Positions 24,504 through 32,000 of a stretch of 32,000 nucleotides of DNA are shown piece after piece. The DNA lies in the NCBI RefSeq assembly GCF_001997385.1, contig NZ_CP019633.1:1470001-1502000 (forward strand), given 5' to 3'. The stretch's first letter is position 1. Each line of letters opens with the position of its first letter. The translations under genes were made by a program, and so were the position numbers. The notes beneath the pieces were generated by a model. The model was not told where the DNA came from and searched no databases. It worked only from the letters and a program-made list of their open reading frames with translations. This DNA is from Sedimentisphaera cyanobacteriorum (lineage in GTDB: Bacteria; Planctomycetota; Phycisphaerae; Sedimentisphaerales; Sedimentisphaeraceae).

Positions 24504-25307
24504 TTACTTACCCCTAATACCTTTTTCTGCAGCGTCCTGATTCATTTTGCGGATTTTCTCCCGCAGATCTTCCAGCTGCTTATCACTAGCTCCAGGCGGG
24601 AGACTGCCCATCTCAGTTAGAGGGTCTTCAGCTTCCGGGACAAACTGCTGAGTGTTCTGCTGTGGCTTTGTCTGAGAAGTTTCGGGCAGAGCCTTCGACG
24701 AAGAAGAAGCCTGTTTTTCAGCGGGGATCTCGGATTTAAGGATATTCTTGATTGAAGATTTGTGTTCCTTTATTTCGAGCTCTGAAACTGAGCCGTTATT
24801 ATCAAGATATATCGAATCATCGTTGATCTTGCGAATCCTCAAATGGCCAACTTTCTGCCCCTGATAAACCCATTTCTTCCCCTCACCCGGGAGGTCCACA
24901 AAGGCCATTGAAAGCTCTGGTCGGTCTTGATTAACACAAGTTCCCTCAAGCGTAAAACGCACCTTAATCGGCGAGGGCGGCTTAGGCTCCTGCTGTTTTT
25001 TTGGCTGAGGGTCAGGACTCGTGTTTTTTGTTCTGGGCTGTATATTTGAGCGGCTCGCAGTTCTTTTTGGATCAGGCTTTTCAGGCTCTTTTGTGTACTG
25101 CCTTGCCGCCTTAACCAGAGCAGACTCGGAGTTTTGGTCTGAATTGGAAGAATCGGCTTTTGCCTTGAAGTCTTCAGCCACAGAGGCATTTGCAAGAAAT
25201 TCCTGCACTTTCTCGCTCTCAGGAGCGGGCTTTTTGATAAGCATAACCGCCATAACCGCTGAGCCTATCAAAACGAGAAAAGAAAATATTTGAAATAATC
25301 TTAACAT
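24504..25307 (-). CDS. bitopic membrane protein, Pro/Lys/Gln-rich linker plus a small beta domain (function unknown)
   Basis: It has an N-terminal TM segment (FQIFSFLVLIGSAVMAVMLI) and a low-complexity linker. The segment VRFTLEGTCVNQDRPELSMAFVDLPGEGKKWVYQGQKVGHLRIRKINDDSIYLDNNGSVSELEI loosely resembles GspC-HR/PilP-type domains. It ends 5 nt before the UbiA start. Confidence 0.7.
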   Translation of the reverse strand: MLRLFQIFSFLVLIGSAVMAVMLIKKPAPESEKVQEFLANASVAEDFKAKADSSNSDQNSESALVKAARQYTKEPEKPDPKRTASRSNIQPRTKNTSPDPQPKKQQEPKPPSPIKVRFTLEGTCVNQDRPELSMAFVDLPGEGKKWVYQGQKVGHLRIRKINDDSIYLDNNGSVSELEIKEHKSSIKNILKSEIPAEKQASSSSKALPETSQTKPQQNTQQFVPEAEDPLTEMGSLPPGASDKQLEDLREKIRKMNQDAAEKGIRGK

Positions 25308-25350
25308 AATTTTTTCCCGGCTATATTACCAGTTTCAATTTTCTCTATAT

Positions 25351-25379
25351 ATTACAATGATATTAGACAGTGAAGTCAA
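25351..25379 (-). promoter_or_regulatory. candidate sigma70 promoter for the bitopic-protein/UbiA operon
   Basis: On the minus strand, TTGACT (25374-25379) is followed by a 17-bp spacer and TGTAAT (25351-25356). This lies about 45 nt upstream of ATG 25307. Confidence 0.45.
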
Positions 25380-25392
25380 TATTTTGTTTCGG

Positions 25393-25417
25393 ATAAAATA
25401 AAGGTCTGAAACAGCCT
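25393..25417 (-). terminator. probable rho-independent terminator after uvrB
   Basis: On the minus strand the hairpin AGGCTG-TTT-CAG(A)CCT (25402-25417) is followed by TTATTTTAT. It starts 1 nt after the uvrB stop. Confidence 0.5.
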
Positions 25418-25418
25418 T

Positions 25419-27404
25419 CTATTTCTTCTTTTCTATCTTCGGCATTGATTCAAATTCCTTTATCTTGTCGCGCAGCTTGGCGGCCTTTTCGAAATTGAGC
25501 TCTTCTGCCGCTTTCATCATTTCCTTCTCAAGCATAGCGACCATCTCGGTCTTATCATACTCTTTTTCGTCCATAGAAACAGCCTGTCTTGCCGTTTTTC
25601 TCGCTTTCAGTGAGTCCGAGAGGGCTGTTCTGATGGATTTCCTGATCGTTTCAGGTGTGATATTATGCTTTTTGTTATACTCCATCTGAATCTTGCGTCT
25701 TCTCTCGGTTTCATCCATAGCACGTTTCATAGATGGTGTAACCTTATCACCATAGAGGATAACCCTTGAATCCACGTTTCTTGCTGCTCTGCCGATTGTC
25801 TGGATAAGGGAAGTTTCGCTTCTAAGGAAACCCTCCTTGTCCGCATCCATAATTGCCACCATTGCCACCTCCGGAAGGTCGAGCCCTTCTCGAAGCAGGT
25901 TGATCCCTATGAGCACATCAAACTCGCCTTTCCTCAGGTCTCTGAGGATATCCACACGTTCTATAGCATCGATTTCACTGTGCAGATAGCGGCATTTGAT
26001 TTTCTCCTTCTGGAAGAAGTCTGTAAGGTCTTCAGCGAGTCTTTTTGTAAGAACTGTAACCAGAACCCTCTGCCCAGCTTCAACTCTTTCATAAATCTCA
26101 GATTTCACATCGCTTACCTGACTGCTCGCAGGACGCACCTCAACTTTCGGGTCGAGAAGGCCTGTCGGGCGGATAATCTGCTCAACGATTTCCCCGCCGG
26201 TAAGGCCGAGCTCATAATCGCCGGGGGTTGCGGAAACGTAAACCGTTCTGCCCGGACGCTGCTCGAATTCATCAAAACGCAGGGGCCTGTTGTCCATTGC
26301 GCTTGGCAGACGGAAGCCGTGGTCAACGAGCACCTGCTTTCTGTTTCTATCTCCTGCATACATCGCTCTAACCTGCGGGAGGGTAACGTGGGATTCATCA
26401 ATAAACATAATGAAATCCTTCGGGAAATAATCGAGCAGGGTGTAGGGCTTAGCCCCCGGGCGCAAGCCGGCAAGATGCCTTGCATAGTTCTCGATTCCGC
26501 TGCAGAAACCAACCTCGGCTATCATCTCCATATCGTATTTTGTGCGAGCCTCGAGCCTCTGGGCTTCAAGGAGCTTTCCCTGCTCTCTAAACTCTGCGAG
26601 CCTTTGGTCGAGCTCCTGCTGTATAGATTCAAGAGCAGTTTGAACCCTGTCCTGAGCCATAATGTAGTGCGCAGCGGGGTAGATGAAAACCTGCTGCTCT
26701 TCTGCGAGAGCCTCGCCGGATACGGGATTTATATACTTTATGCTCTCAATCTCATCGCCGAAGAATTCCACTCGGACAGCGTAAGACTCGTAAGAAGGCC
26801 AAACCTCCACCACATCGCCCCGAACCCTGTATGTCCCTCGAGTGAAATCTATATCATTTCGTTCATAGAGGACATCTGCAAAGCGTCCGAGAAGATCGTC
26901 GCGTTCGATAATATCGCCTTTCACCACAGGCACAACGTTCTTTTTGTACTCCTCCGGCGAGCCTAAGCCGTAGATGCATGAAACGCTGGATACCACAATC
27001 ACATCGTCTCGGGTGAGAAGGCTTGTTGTTGCTGCAAGGCGGAGACGGTCGAGATCGTCGTTTCTGCTTGCATCCTTCTCTATGTATATATCCCGCTGAG
27101 GTATATAGGCCTCAGGCTGGTAATAATCGTAGTAGCTGACGAAATACTCAACCGCATTTTCCGGAAACAGCTCCTTCATTTCCTCATAAAGCTGTGCTGC
27201 AAGAGTTTTGTTGTGCGAGATAATAAGCGCAGGCTTCCTCACCGTTTCAATCACATTTGCCATTGTGAAGGTTTTGCCCGTACCCGTAGCGCCGAGGAGA
27301 ACCTGATGGCGGCTGCCTGAGCTTATCCCTTCCACAAGCTTTCGGATTGCCTCGGGCTGGTCGCCTGAAGGGTTGTATTGACTTTTTAAGTTGAAGTTGT
27401 CCAT
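25419..27404 (-). CDS. uvrB: excinuclease ABC subunit B
   Basis: The 661-aa protein begins [44 protein letters not shown] (Walker A). It carries helicase motifs and a C-terminal UVR domain ([24 protein letters not shown]). Confidence 0.96.
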   Translation of the reverse strand: MDNFNLKSQYNPSGDQPEAIRKLVEGISSGSRHQVLLGATGTGKTFTMANVIETVRKPALIISHNKTLAAQLYEEMKELFPENAVEYFVSYYDYYQPEAYIPQRDIYIEKDASRNDDLDRLRLAATTSLLTRDDVIVVSSVSCIYGLGSPEEYKKNVVPVVKGDIIERDDLLGRFADVLYERNDIDFTRGTYRVRGDVVEVWPSYESYAVRVEFFGDEIESIKYINPVSGEALAEEQQVFIYPAAHYIMAQDRVQTALESIQQELDQRLAEFREQGKLLEAQRLEARTKYDMEMIAEVGFCSGIENYARHLAGLRPGAKPYTLLDYFPKDFIMFIDESHVTLPQVRAMYAGDRNRKQVLVDHGFRLPSAMDNRPLRFDEFEQRPGRTVYVSATPGDYELGLTGGEIVEQIIRPTGLLDPKVEVRPASSQVSDVKSEIYERVEAGQRVLVTVLTKRLAEDLTDFFQKEKIKCRYLHSEIDAIERVDILRDLRKGEFDVLIGINLLREGLDLPEVAMVAIMDADKEGFLRSETSLIQTIGRAARNVDSRVILYGDKVTPSMKRAMDETERRRKIQMEYNKKHNITPETIRKSIRTALSDSLKARKTARQAVSMDEKEYDKTEMVAMLEKEMMKAAEELNFEKAAKLRDKIKEFESMPKIEKKK

Positions 27405-27430
27405 ATTATCTCTGCATGCTCACGAATCAG

Positions 27431-27931
27431 CTATTTCACAGTGTATGTAAAGCGAAGGGTAGCCTTCCAGTCGTCCTCTGCGTCATTAGAACGCAGGTCG
27501 AGAGTGTCAATTTCGAGTCCGGGCCATGTTTCGAGAAACTCATTGAGAAATGAAGTTAGGCTCATCATATCAACGGTTTTTATTATCATAGTTGCCCCCT
27601 GAGTCTGCCGGCTGCTGCGTTTTATAACTGCCTCAGTTCGAATATCGTAATCTGAAGGGCCTATTCCATGAGCCCTTGCAAGCTTATCGACAACCGTTGT
27701 GTACCGGAATTTGCCGACCTCTTTGCGTGCCTCTGAAAATTTCAGCCGGGCAGGATCAAGCTCGTATATCTTTTCACAGTTTGCCAGCACCTTTTTCCCT
27801 GTTTTAATGCTGCTGTTAAGGGACATTTCATTTTTGGGCACTAAGAAAAACTGCGCCGCAGCATACCACACAGCAGCCGCTGCGAGGATACCGAAAGAAA
27901 TAAAATGTATTTTAATTTTCTTATTTTCCAT
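27431..27931 (-). CDS. type II secretion GspM/PilO-like assembly protein
   Basis: A 166-aa protein with a single N-terminal TM segment (ISFGILAAAAVWYAAAQFFLV) followed by a small alpha/beta domain. It sits directly after the GspL-like gene with a 9-nt gap. The assignment rests on architecture and position only. Confidence 0.55.
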   Translation of the reverse strand: MENKKIKIHFISFGILAAAAVWYAAAQFFLVPKNEMSLNSSIKTGKKVLANCEKIYELDPARLKFSEARKEVGKFRYTTVVDKLARAHGIGPSDYDIRTEAVIKRSSRQTQGATMIIKTVDMMSLTSFLNEFLETWPGLEIDTLDLRSNDAEDDWKATLRFTYTVK

Positions 27932-27940
27932 ACCGCCCCA

Positions 27941-29341
27941 TCACTTTCTTGTATTCAGGCTGACAGTAAAGCTGTCTTCAGAGCCAACCTGCTTCAATGA
28001 TTCCTGCGAACGCTCAAGGTTTTCATGACTGTCAATTTTTTTCAGGAAATTCTGCGTATCTCTTCTTGATGAAGTGCTTCCGTCGAGGCGGAGAGCCCTG
28101 CTTGTAATGCTTACAGAATCGAGCTTCACAGATTTCTTGTTGGGCATTGAATTGAGAATCTCAAGGGCAAACTGAAGCCTCGTAGGCACAGACTCCACAT
28201 CTGCCGTCTCGCCGGCCTTTATGCGTTTGAGCCGGTTTATCTCGCTTTCCATGCTCAGCTCGGCCTTGCCCAGATTGTCCATATCCCTGCCTTTCATGGC
28301 AACTGAATACTCCTCAGCGACCTTCTCATAAATCTGATCCTGCCATTGAGACAGGTGATTTGCGTGAAGAGTGGCTTTCCAAGCGAAAACAGCAACAATC
28401 ACCGCCGCTGCAAGATACAATGCGCTGAGCGATGTTCTGATAATCCTTTTCCTGCCCTGATAAGTCATAAAATCGATTCTCAAATCGCTCTGGGCATCAT
28501 CTTTAGACATCATAGATGCACCTAAGAGAACATACTCAAAACCGCTTCGATGCTCCTCTGGAGCCTCAATCTTTTCGGCCTCTACTCCCGAAATAGACTG
28601 AATGGAATAAGGGTTGATATTGCTGCCTGCTATGTATATCTTCTCCACAGGCTCTGCGGGGCTGCAGGCAGCGATTGTGGCCATAATCCTTCTTGCGATA
28701 TCCGAATCGGAGCGTGATGAGCCCGTTTTGAAAGAACGTATGTATTCAATGCCTCTTGAAGGGCTTATAATACCGATATACCCGTAACTCTCGCTTCTCC
28801 CTGCCAGCAGAACTGAGGCCTGCTTCGGAGTTTCAATCTGGCCTGCTGCTGCCCTGAGAAAACAAACCGAATCGGGCTGAATAACCTCCGGGTCGATTTT
28901 ATTTTTTTGAAAATCTTTCAGCAGGGATATCAGCTCGGCCTTGCCGGAGGTGAAAACTGTGCAGTTAGTTCCCCCGCTCGGTGATTCGCCGTGATTTATA
29001 AACGAAGCAGCGAGAGTGGAAACATCCACGCCTACCTCGTCTTCTACATCAAATTTGATTGTTCTTGCAATCCTTCGGCGGTCTGTAAAACCGCTTGTAA
29101 CGTAATGCTGAACAAATTTGCCGCTTCCAATCGCAAGCCCAACGTAATCATAGCTTATTTGAAGCTCTGATATCTTTTCTGCAAGAAGCCTGCCGAGGCT
29201 TTTGGAGGAATCTTCCTCTTGGGCAGACAAAGAAACGCTGAAGCTCTGCAAGAGCTGTTTCTGGCCAGCCTTGGCAGAGAACAGTCCGGCGTAAGCGGTG
29301 TCGCCGGATATGAATATTCCTAAGTGTTTTCCGTGTTCCAA
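27941..29341 (-). CDS. type II secretion GspL-like (PilM/PilN-type bitopic) assembly protein
   Basis: A 466-aa protein with a TTG start. It has an N-terminal actin-like/PilM-like region (HLGIFISGDTAYAGL..., IKFDVEDEVGVDVSTL), a central TM segment (LSALYLAAAVIVAVFAW) and a periplasmic C-terminal domain. Confidence 0.6.
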   Translation of the reverse strand: MEHGKHLGIFISGDTAYAGLFSAKAGQKQLLQSFSVSLSAQEEDSSKSLGRLLAEKISELQISYDYVGLAIGSGKFVQHYVTSGFTDRRRIARTIKFDVEDEVGVDVSTLAASFINHGESPSGGTNCTVFTSGKAELISLLKDFQKNKIDPEVIQPDSVCFLRAAAGQIETPKQASVLLAGRSESYGYIGIISPSRGIEYIRSFKTGSSRSDSDIARRIMATIAACSPAEPVEKIYIAGSNINPYSIQSISGVEAEKIEAPEEHRSGFEYVLLGASMMSKDDAQSDLRIDFMTYQGRKRIIRTSLSALYLAAAVIVAVFAWKATLHANHLSQWQDQIYEKVAEEYSVAMKGRDMDNLGKAELSMESEINRLKRIKAGETADVESVPTRLQFALEILNSMPNKKSVKLDSVSITSRALRLDGSTSSRRDTQNFLKKIDSHENLERSQESLKQVGSEDSFTVSLNTRK

Positions 29342-29371
29342 TTTTCAGCTCCAATTTAATATAGCAGCTTA

Positions 29372-30742
29372 TTATTCATAAACTGTGGCAATCTTAACAT
29401 ATTTTTTTTTATCTCTCATAAAGGCTGTTGTAGAGCTGGCTGAGGCATTGCCCGAAACGGCCTTTATATGTACCGACCAGCATATACTCCTGCAAAGCAC
29501 CCTGTCTTCTACTTTATCGAGCGAATCAGAATAGCTGTAGAGCCTGTCTCTTAAATCATCAAAGCTCCTGAAAGGCTCCTGATACCTTTCCGCTATAACA
29601 GCGTCTGCCAAATCCACTTCATTGCCGCCGTAAACAAAAAGGGCCTCTAGCACCTGACGCGGAGCAGTATTCACATTCACTCTCTTAGCGCCCCAGAGGC
29701 CGAGATATTTGGCAATATTTTCGTTTCTGTAATCGTCAGAGAAGTAATTCTGCCTGAGAGACTGCAAATCCAGATGCCCTTTGAGAACAAACATAAAATC
29801 CATATACAGCGAATTCTGCCCCCTTGGAACTCTTCGAGTTCGGTATCTTGTTTTAAAAACCGATTTTCGCTTGCCGTCTTTATCACGCACTACCGAACGA
29901 GTTTTGAATTTTTCCTTTTTCGTAACATATCCCGGGTCCATATCAATCTGAAAGGGCTTAACCTCTCCTGCCTCTTCGAGAGACTCTAAAAATCTTTTCC
30001 TTGTCTGCTCGTCCATACCCATCCATTCGGTAAAAATCTGTGTTGAGGCCTCTGTTTCCCTTGCATTGCCTTTCTTATTGCTCAGCGCCCAGACTACTGG
30101 ATATTTTGCGTTTTCATCTTCAATTGTAATCTCAATTTCTGCTTCTGAGAGCTCAATCTTCTTTGGCTCAATAATATTCGGCCATTTCGGGCCGTAAGGG
30201 CCCGGGACAGTAAGCTTTGCGGGGTCAACCGCTGAAACGAGCGTTCTTGCCTTGGCAGCTGAGGTTGAGAGCTGTGAATTATCACTGCTGTTAGCAAAGT
30301 CGCCTGAGCTTCCTTGGCCTTCGTTAATCAGCTCATCAATGAGCAGTTCTGCCTGGCCTTGGGACGTTTCAATATCGAATTCGCCTGTCTGAACGTAATG
30401 TTCATAACGTTCGGATTTACGCTGAGCAAGGGTTTCGGCAAATTGAGAAAGCATATACTCGTACTGCTCTGTATCCTGCATAAACAAATCAGAGAAGTCC
30501 GGGAGGTATCTTCTGCTTTTCAGCTTAAGGTCAACGCTGTTGTTGAATCGATTCTCGGCGTATCTGGTTGCTGAGTCGCAGGCATAATTGGCCTTCATAT
30601 AGTTTACAATGTAGTTGTGGCGTCTTTCCCGCGAAAGAAGCTTGGATACAGTAACATAGCTCATCGAAACAAGAACGGCCATAGCCATCATTGTAATGAT
30701 AAGAGCAGCTGCTTTTCTGTTTCCAGTGCTTTGCCTTTTCAT
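29372..30742 (-). CDS. type II secretion minor pseudopilin GspK-like protein
   Basis: It has an N-terminal hydrophobic segment without Glu+5 (RKAAALIITMMAMAVLVSM) and is large at 456 aa. The motif RVNVNTAPRQVLEAL...FRSFDDLRDRL matches the GspK helix-hairpin-helix region. An ATGA overlap joins it to the upstream gene. Confidence 0.68.
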   Translation of the reverse strand: MKRQSTGNRKAAALIITMMAMAVLVSMSYVTVSKLLSRERRHNYIVNYMKANYACDSATRYAENRFNNSVDLKLKSRRYLPDFSDLFMQDTEQYEYMLSQFAETLAQRKSERYEHYVQTGEFDIETSQGQAELLIDELINEGQGSSGDFANSSDNSQLSTSAAKARTLVSAVDPAKLTVPGPYGPKWPNIIEPKKIELSEAEIEITIEDENAKYPVVWALSNKKGNARETEASTQIFTEWMGMDEQTRKRFLESLEEAGEVKPFQIDMDPGYVTKKEKFKTRSVVRDKDGKRKSVFKTRYRTRRVPRGQNSLYMDFMFVLKGHLDLQSLRQNYFSDDYRNENIAKYLGLWGAKRVNVNTAPRQVLEALFVYGGNEVDLADAVIAERYQEPFRSFDDLRDRLYSYSDSLDKVEDRVLCRSICWSVHIKAVSGNASASSTTAFMRDKKKYVKIATVYE

Positions 30743-31581
30743 TCTCTGCTCTCTGTTCTCTCAGACTCACTTTCTTGACGGTCAGATTCGGAAGCGGGTA
30801 TTTCCGGATTGTCTTCACGGCTCACATCTTCCTGTTCAGCAGAATCCTGCTCGCTTTCAGATTCCTCCTGACCTTCTTCGAGAAGCTCCTCATACTCTGC
30901 TTCGAGGTCTTTCTCTACAAACTTGAAGTCGTAGTTTCTCGCCCTGCTCACAGAGACTGTTCTGTAAAATCTGTCTTCCTCTGGTACAACCACCTCGCCT
31001 GTTATAAGCTCCACGGGCGGATCGAATGATACGCCAATAAACATCGCTCCTGGCATATCATCATCTTTCCACTCGTCAAGAAGTTTATCGTTATCGTAGG
31101 CCTGCAGGCTGAAGTATGTAGCGCCGGTAGTTACCGGCACATAGATCTCTCTTTCCGGGTTCTGCTTCTGTTCAGTGCTTACTACGCTGTCTTCAAGCTG
31201 CATTCCGCTTCTGCTTCTGTATATAACGAATGTGCCGAGCATTACATCAAAATCACTCTGCCAGACTACCTTCTTGAAAACATCCTTCTGGTTAGAAGTA
31301 GTATTAAAGTAGTTTGTCATTTCAAATCTGTAGAGCAGGCCTTCAGGGGTATTCTTAGATTCAAGCTTGAAAGTTACGTTTTCTCCTTCAGCAGCAAATT
31401 CATTTATGTCTTCTGCGATCTTCTGGAGAATTTCCTGAGATCTTGTGCTTGCGTCCAGCTCGGTATTAATAGTTTTCAGCGTATTCTGGGAGGCATACAA
31501 AAGCGTTACCATGGTAATCAGAATAATAGAAGTAACAGCGAGAGCTGCGAGAAGCTCGAGAAGTGTAAGCCCTTTTCTCAT
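30739..31581 (-). CDS. prepilin-type pseudopilin (GspJ-like) with a polyacidic C-terminal tail
   Basis: MRKG/LTLLELLAALAVTSIILI is a prepilin cleavage/methylation motif with Glu at +5. The protein is 280 aa. Of its last 58 residues, 26 are Asp or Glu. It has ATGA overlaps at both ends. Confidence 0.75.
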   Translation of the reverse strand: MRKGLTLLELLAALAVTSIILITMVTLLYASQNTLKTINTELDASTRSQEILQKIAEDINEFAAEGENVTFKLESKNTPEGLLYRFEMTNYFNTTSNQKDVFKKVVWQSDFDVMLGTFVIYRSRSGMQLEDSVVSTEQKQNPEREIYVPVTTGATYFSLQAYDNDKLLDEWKDDDMPGAMFIGVSFDPPVELITGEVVVPEEDRFYRTVSVSRARNYDFKFVEKDLEAEYEELLEEGQEESESEQDSAEQEDVSREDNPEIPASESDRQESESERTESRE

Positions 31582-32000
31582 TCCTGCCCTCCGAACATAT
31601 CATTTACTTCATCTTTAAGATCCTCAAAATTACTCTGGGACTGACCCCGCCCTGAAGCTGAATCCTGCTGAGAGCCGCTGCTATCCTCGTCATTGTCCTG
31701 CTTGCCCTGTTCATCAGCCTTCGATTGCTCGGAGCTTTCGTCCTGCTGCGCCTCATACTCAGCGTCTTCTTCTGAAAGCTGGTCTAAATACTCCTGCTCT
31801 AATTGACGCTGCTCTTCAAGCTGTTGTGATTCCCTCATACTCAGCTTTGCAAGCCAGTTCTCCAGTTCCACGCTCTCGAGCTCATTCTCGCTGTTGTAAT
31901 ATTCTACCACAGAAAAAGCCATCACCCACTGCTGGTCTGTATCGGGAAAGGTTTTCACCTCATAGCCCATCTCCCAGCTGAGATTCGTATTGTATTCATC
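31578..32000 (-). CDS. T2SS-cluster protein, 5'-truncated by the window edge (possibly GspI/H-like), with a Q/E/D/S-rich tail
   Basis: The reading frame stays open to position 32000 (DEYNTNLSWE precedes the tracked Met). It is translationally coupled (ATGA) to the pseudopilin gene. Its last 87 residues are low-complexity and acidic. Confidence 0.55.
   Translation of the reverse strand, partial: DEYNTNLSWEMGYEVKTFPDTDQQWVMAFSVVEYYNSENELESVELENWLAKLSMRESQQLEEQRQLEQEYLDQLSEEDAEYEAQQDESSEQSKADEQGKQDNDEDSSGSQQDSASGRGQSQSNFEDLKDEVNDMFGGQE

Noticed and set aside
25980-26966. A 328-aa plus-strand ORF inside uvrB.
   Set aside because: It is a shadow ORF antisense to the highly conserved uvrB.

Overview
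This 32-kb chromosomal window holds about 26 protein-coding genes. I recognised no rRNA, tRNA or CRISPR array by eye. The gene content includes a PEP-CTERM sorting signal, a Tat-signal Cys-type sulfatase, prepilin-type pseudopilins, indolepyruvate:ferredoxin oxidoreductase and an aldo/keto reductase-ferredoxin fusion. Together these suggest an anaerobic diderm bacterium, possibly from the PVC group; this is inference only. Positions 1-5.7 kb are housekeeping genes: rpmI, a Bcr/CflA MFS transporter, cdsA, asd, a PHP histidinol phosphatase and an AKR-[4Fe-4S] fusion. Positions 5.8-15.1 kb are the most unusual part. They form an apparent three-gene minus-strand unit with one sigma70-like promoter and one clear terminator. 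The unit encodes a 210-aa PEP-CTERM protein, a 2485-aa modular secreted giant, and a TorF/Gcw_chp-like outer-membrane beta-barrel. The giant contains GLUG regions at both ends, 13 Listeria-Bacteroides repeats, an internal dockerin-like double EF-hand and two domain families I cannot name. Its gene carries nucleotide-identical 198-bp tandem repeats and a T10 homopolymer. Positions 15.1-19.7 kb encode a polytopic membrane protein, aroA and iorAB. Positions 19.7-22.1 kb are a small accessory islet between two convergent terminators: an AT-rich 83-aa orphan ORF with a 21-bp palindrome at its start, plus an intact IS1634-family element with perfect 22-bp inverted repeats and no target-site duplication. 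Positions 22.1-32 kb are a minus-strand block of a sulfatase, a decaprenyl-phosphate phosphoribosyltransferase-like UbiA enzyme, a bitopic Pro/Lys/Gln-rich protein and uvrB. That block ends with a very divergent type II secretion gsp(I?)JKLM-like cluster whose pseudopilin-like proteins carry long polyacidic C-terminal tails. All family assignments come from motifs read in the translations. No database search was possible.
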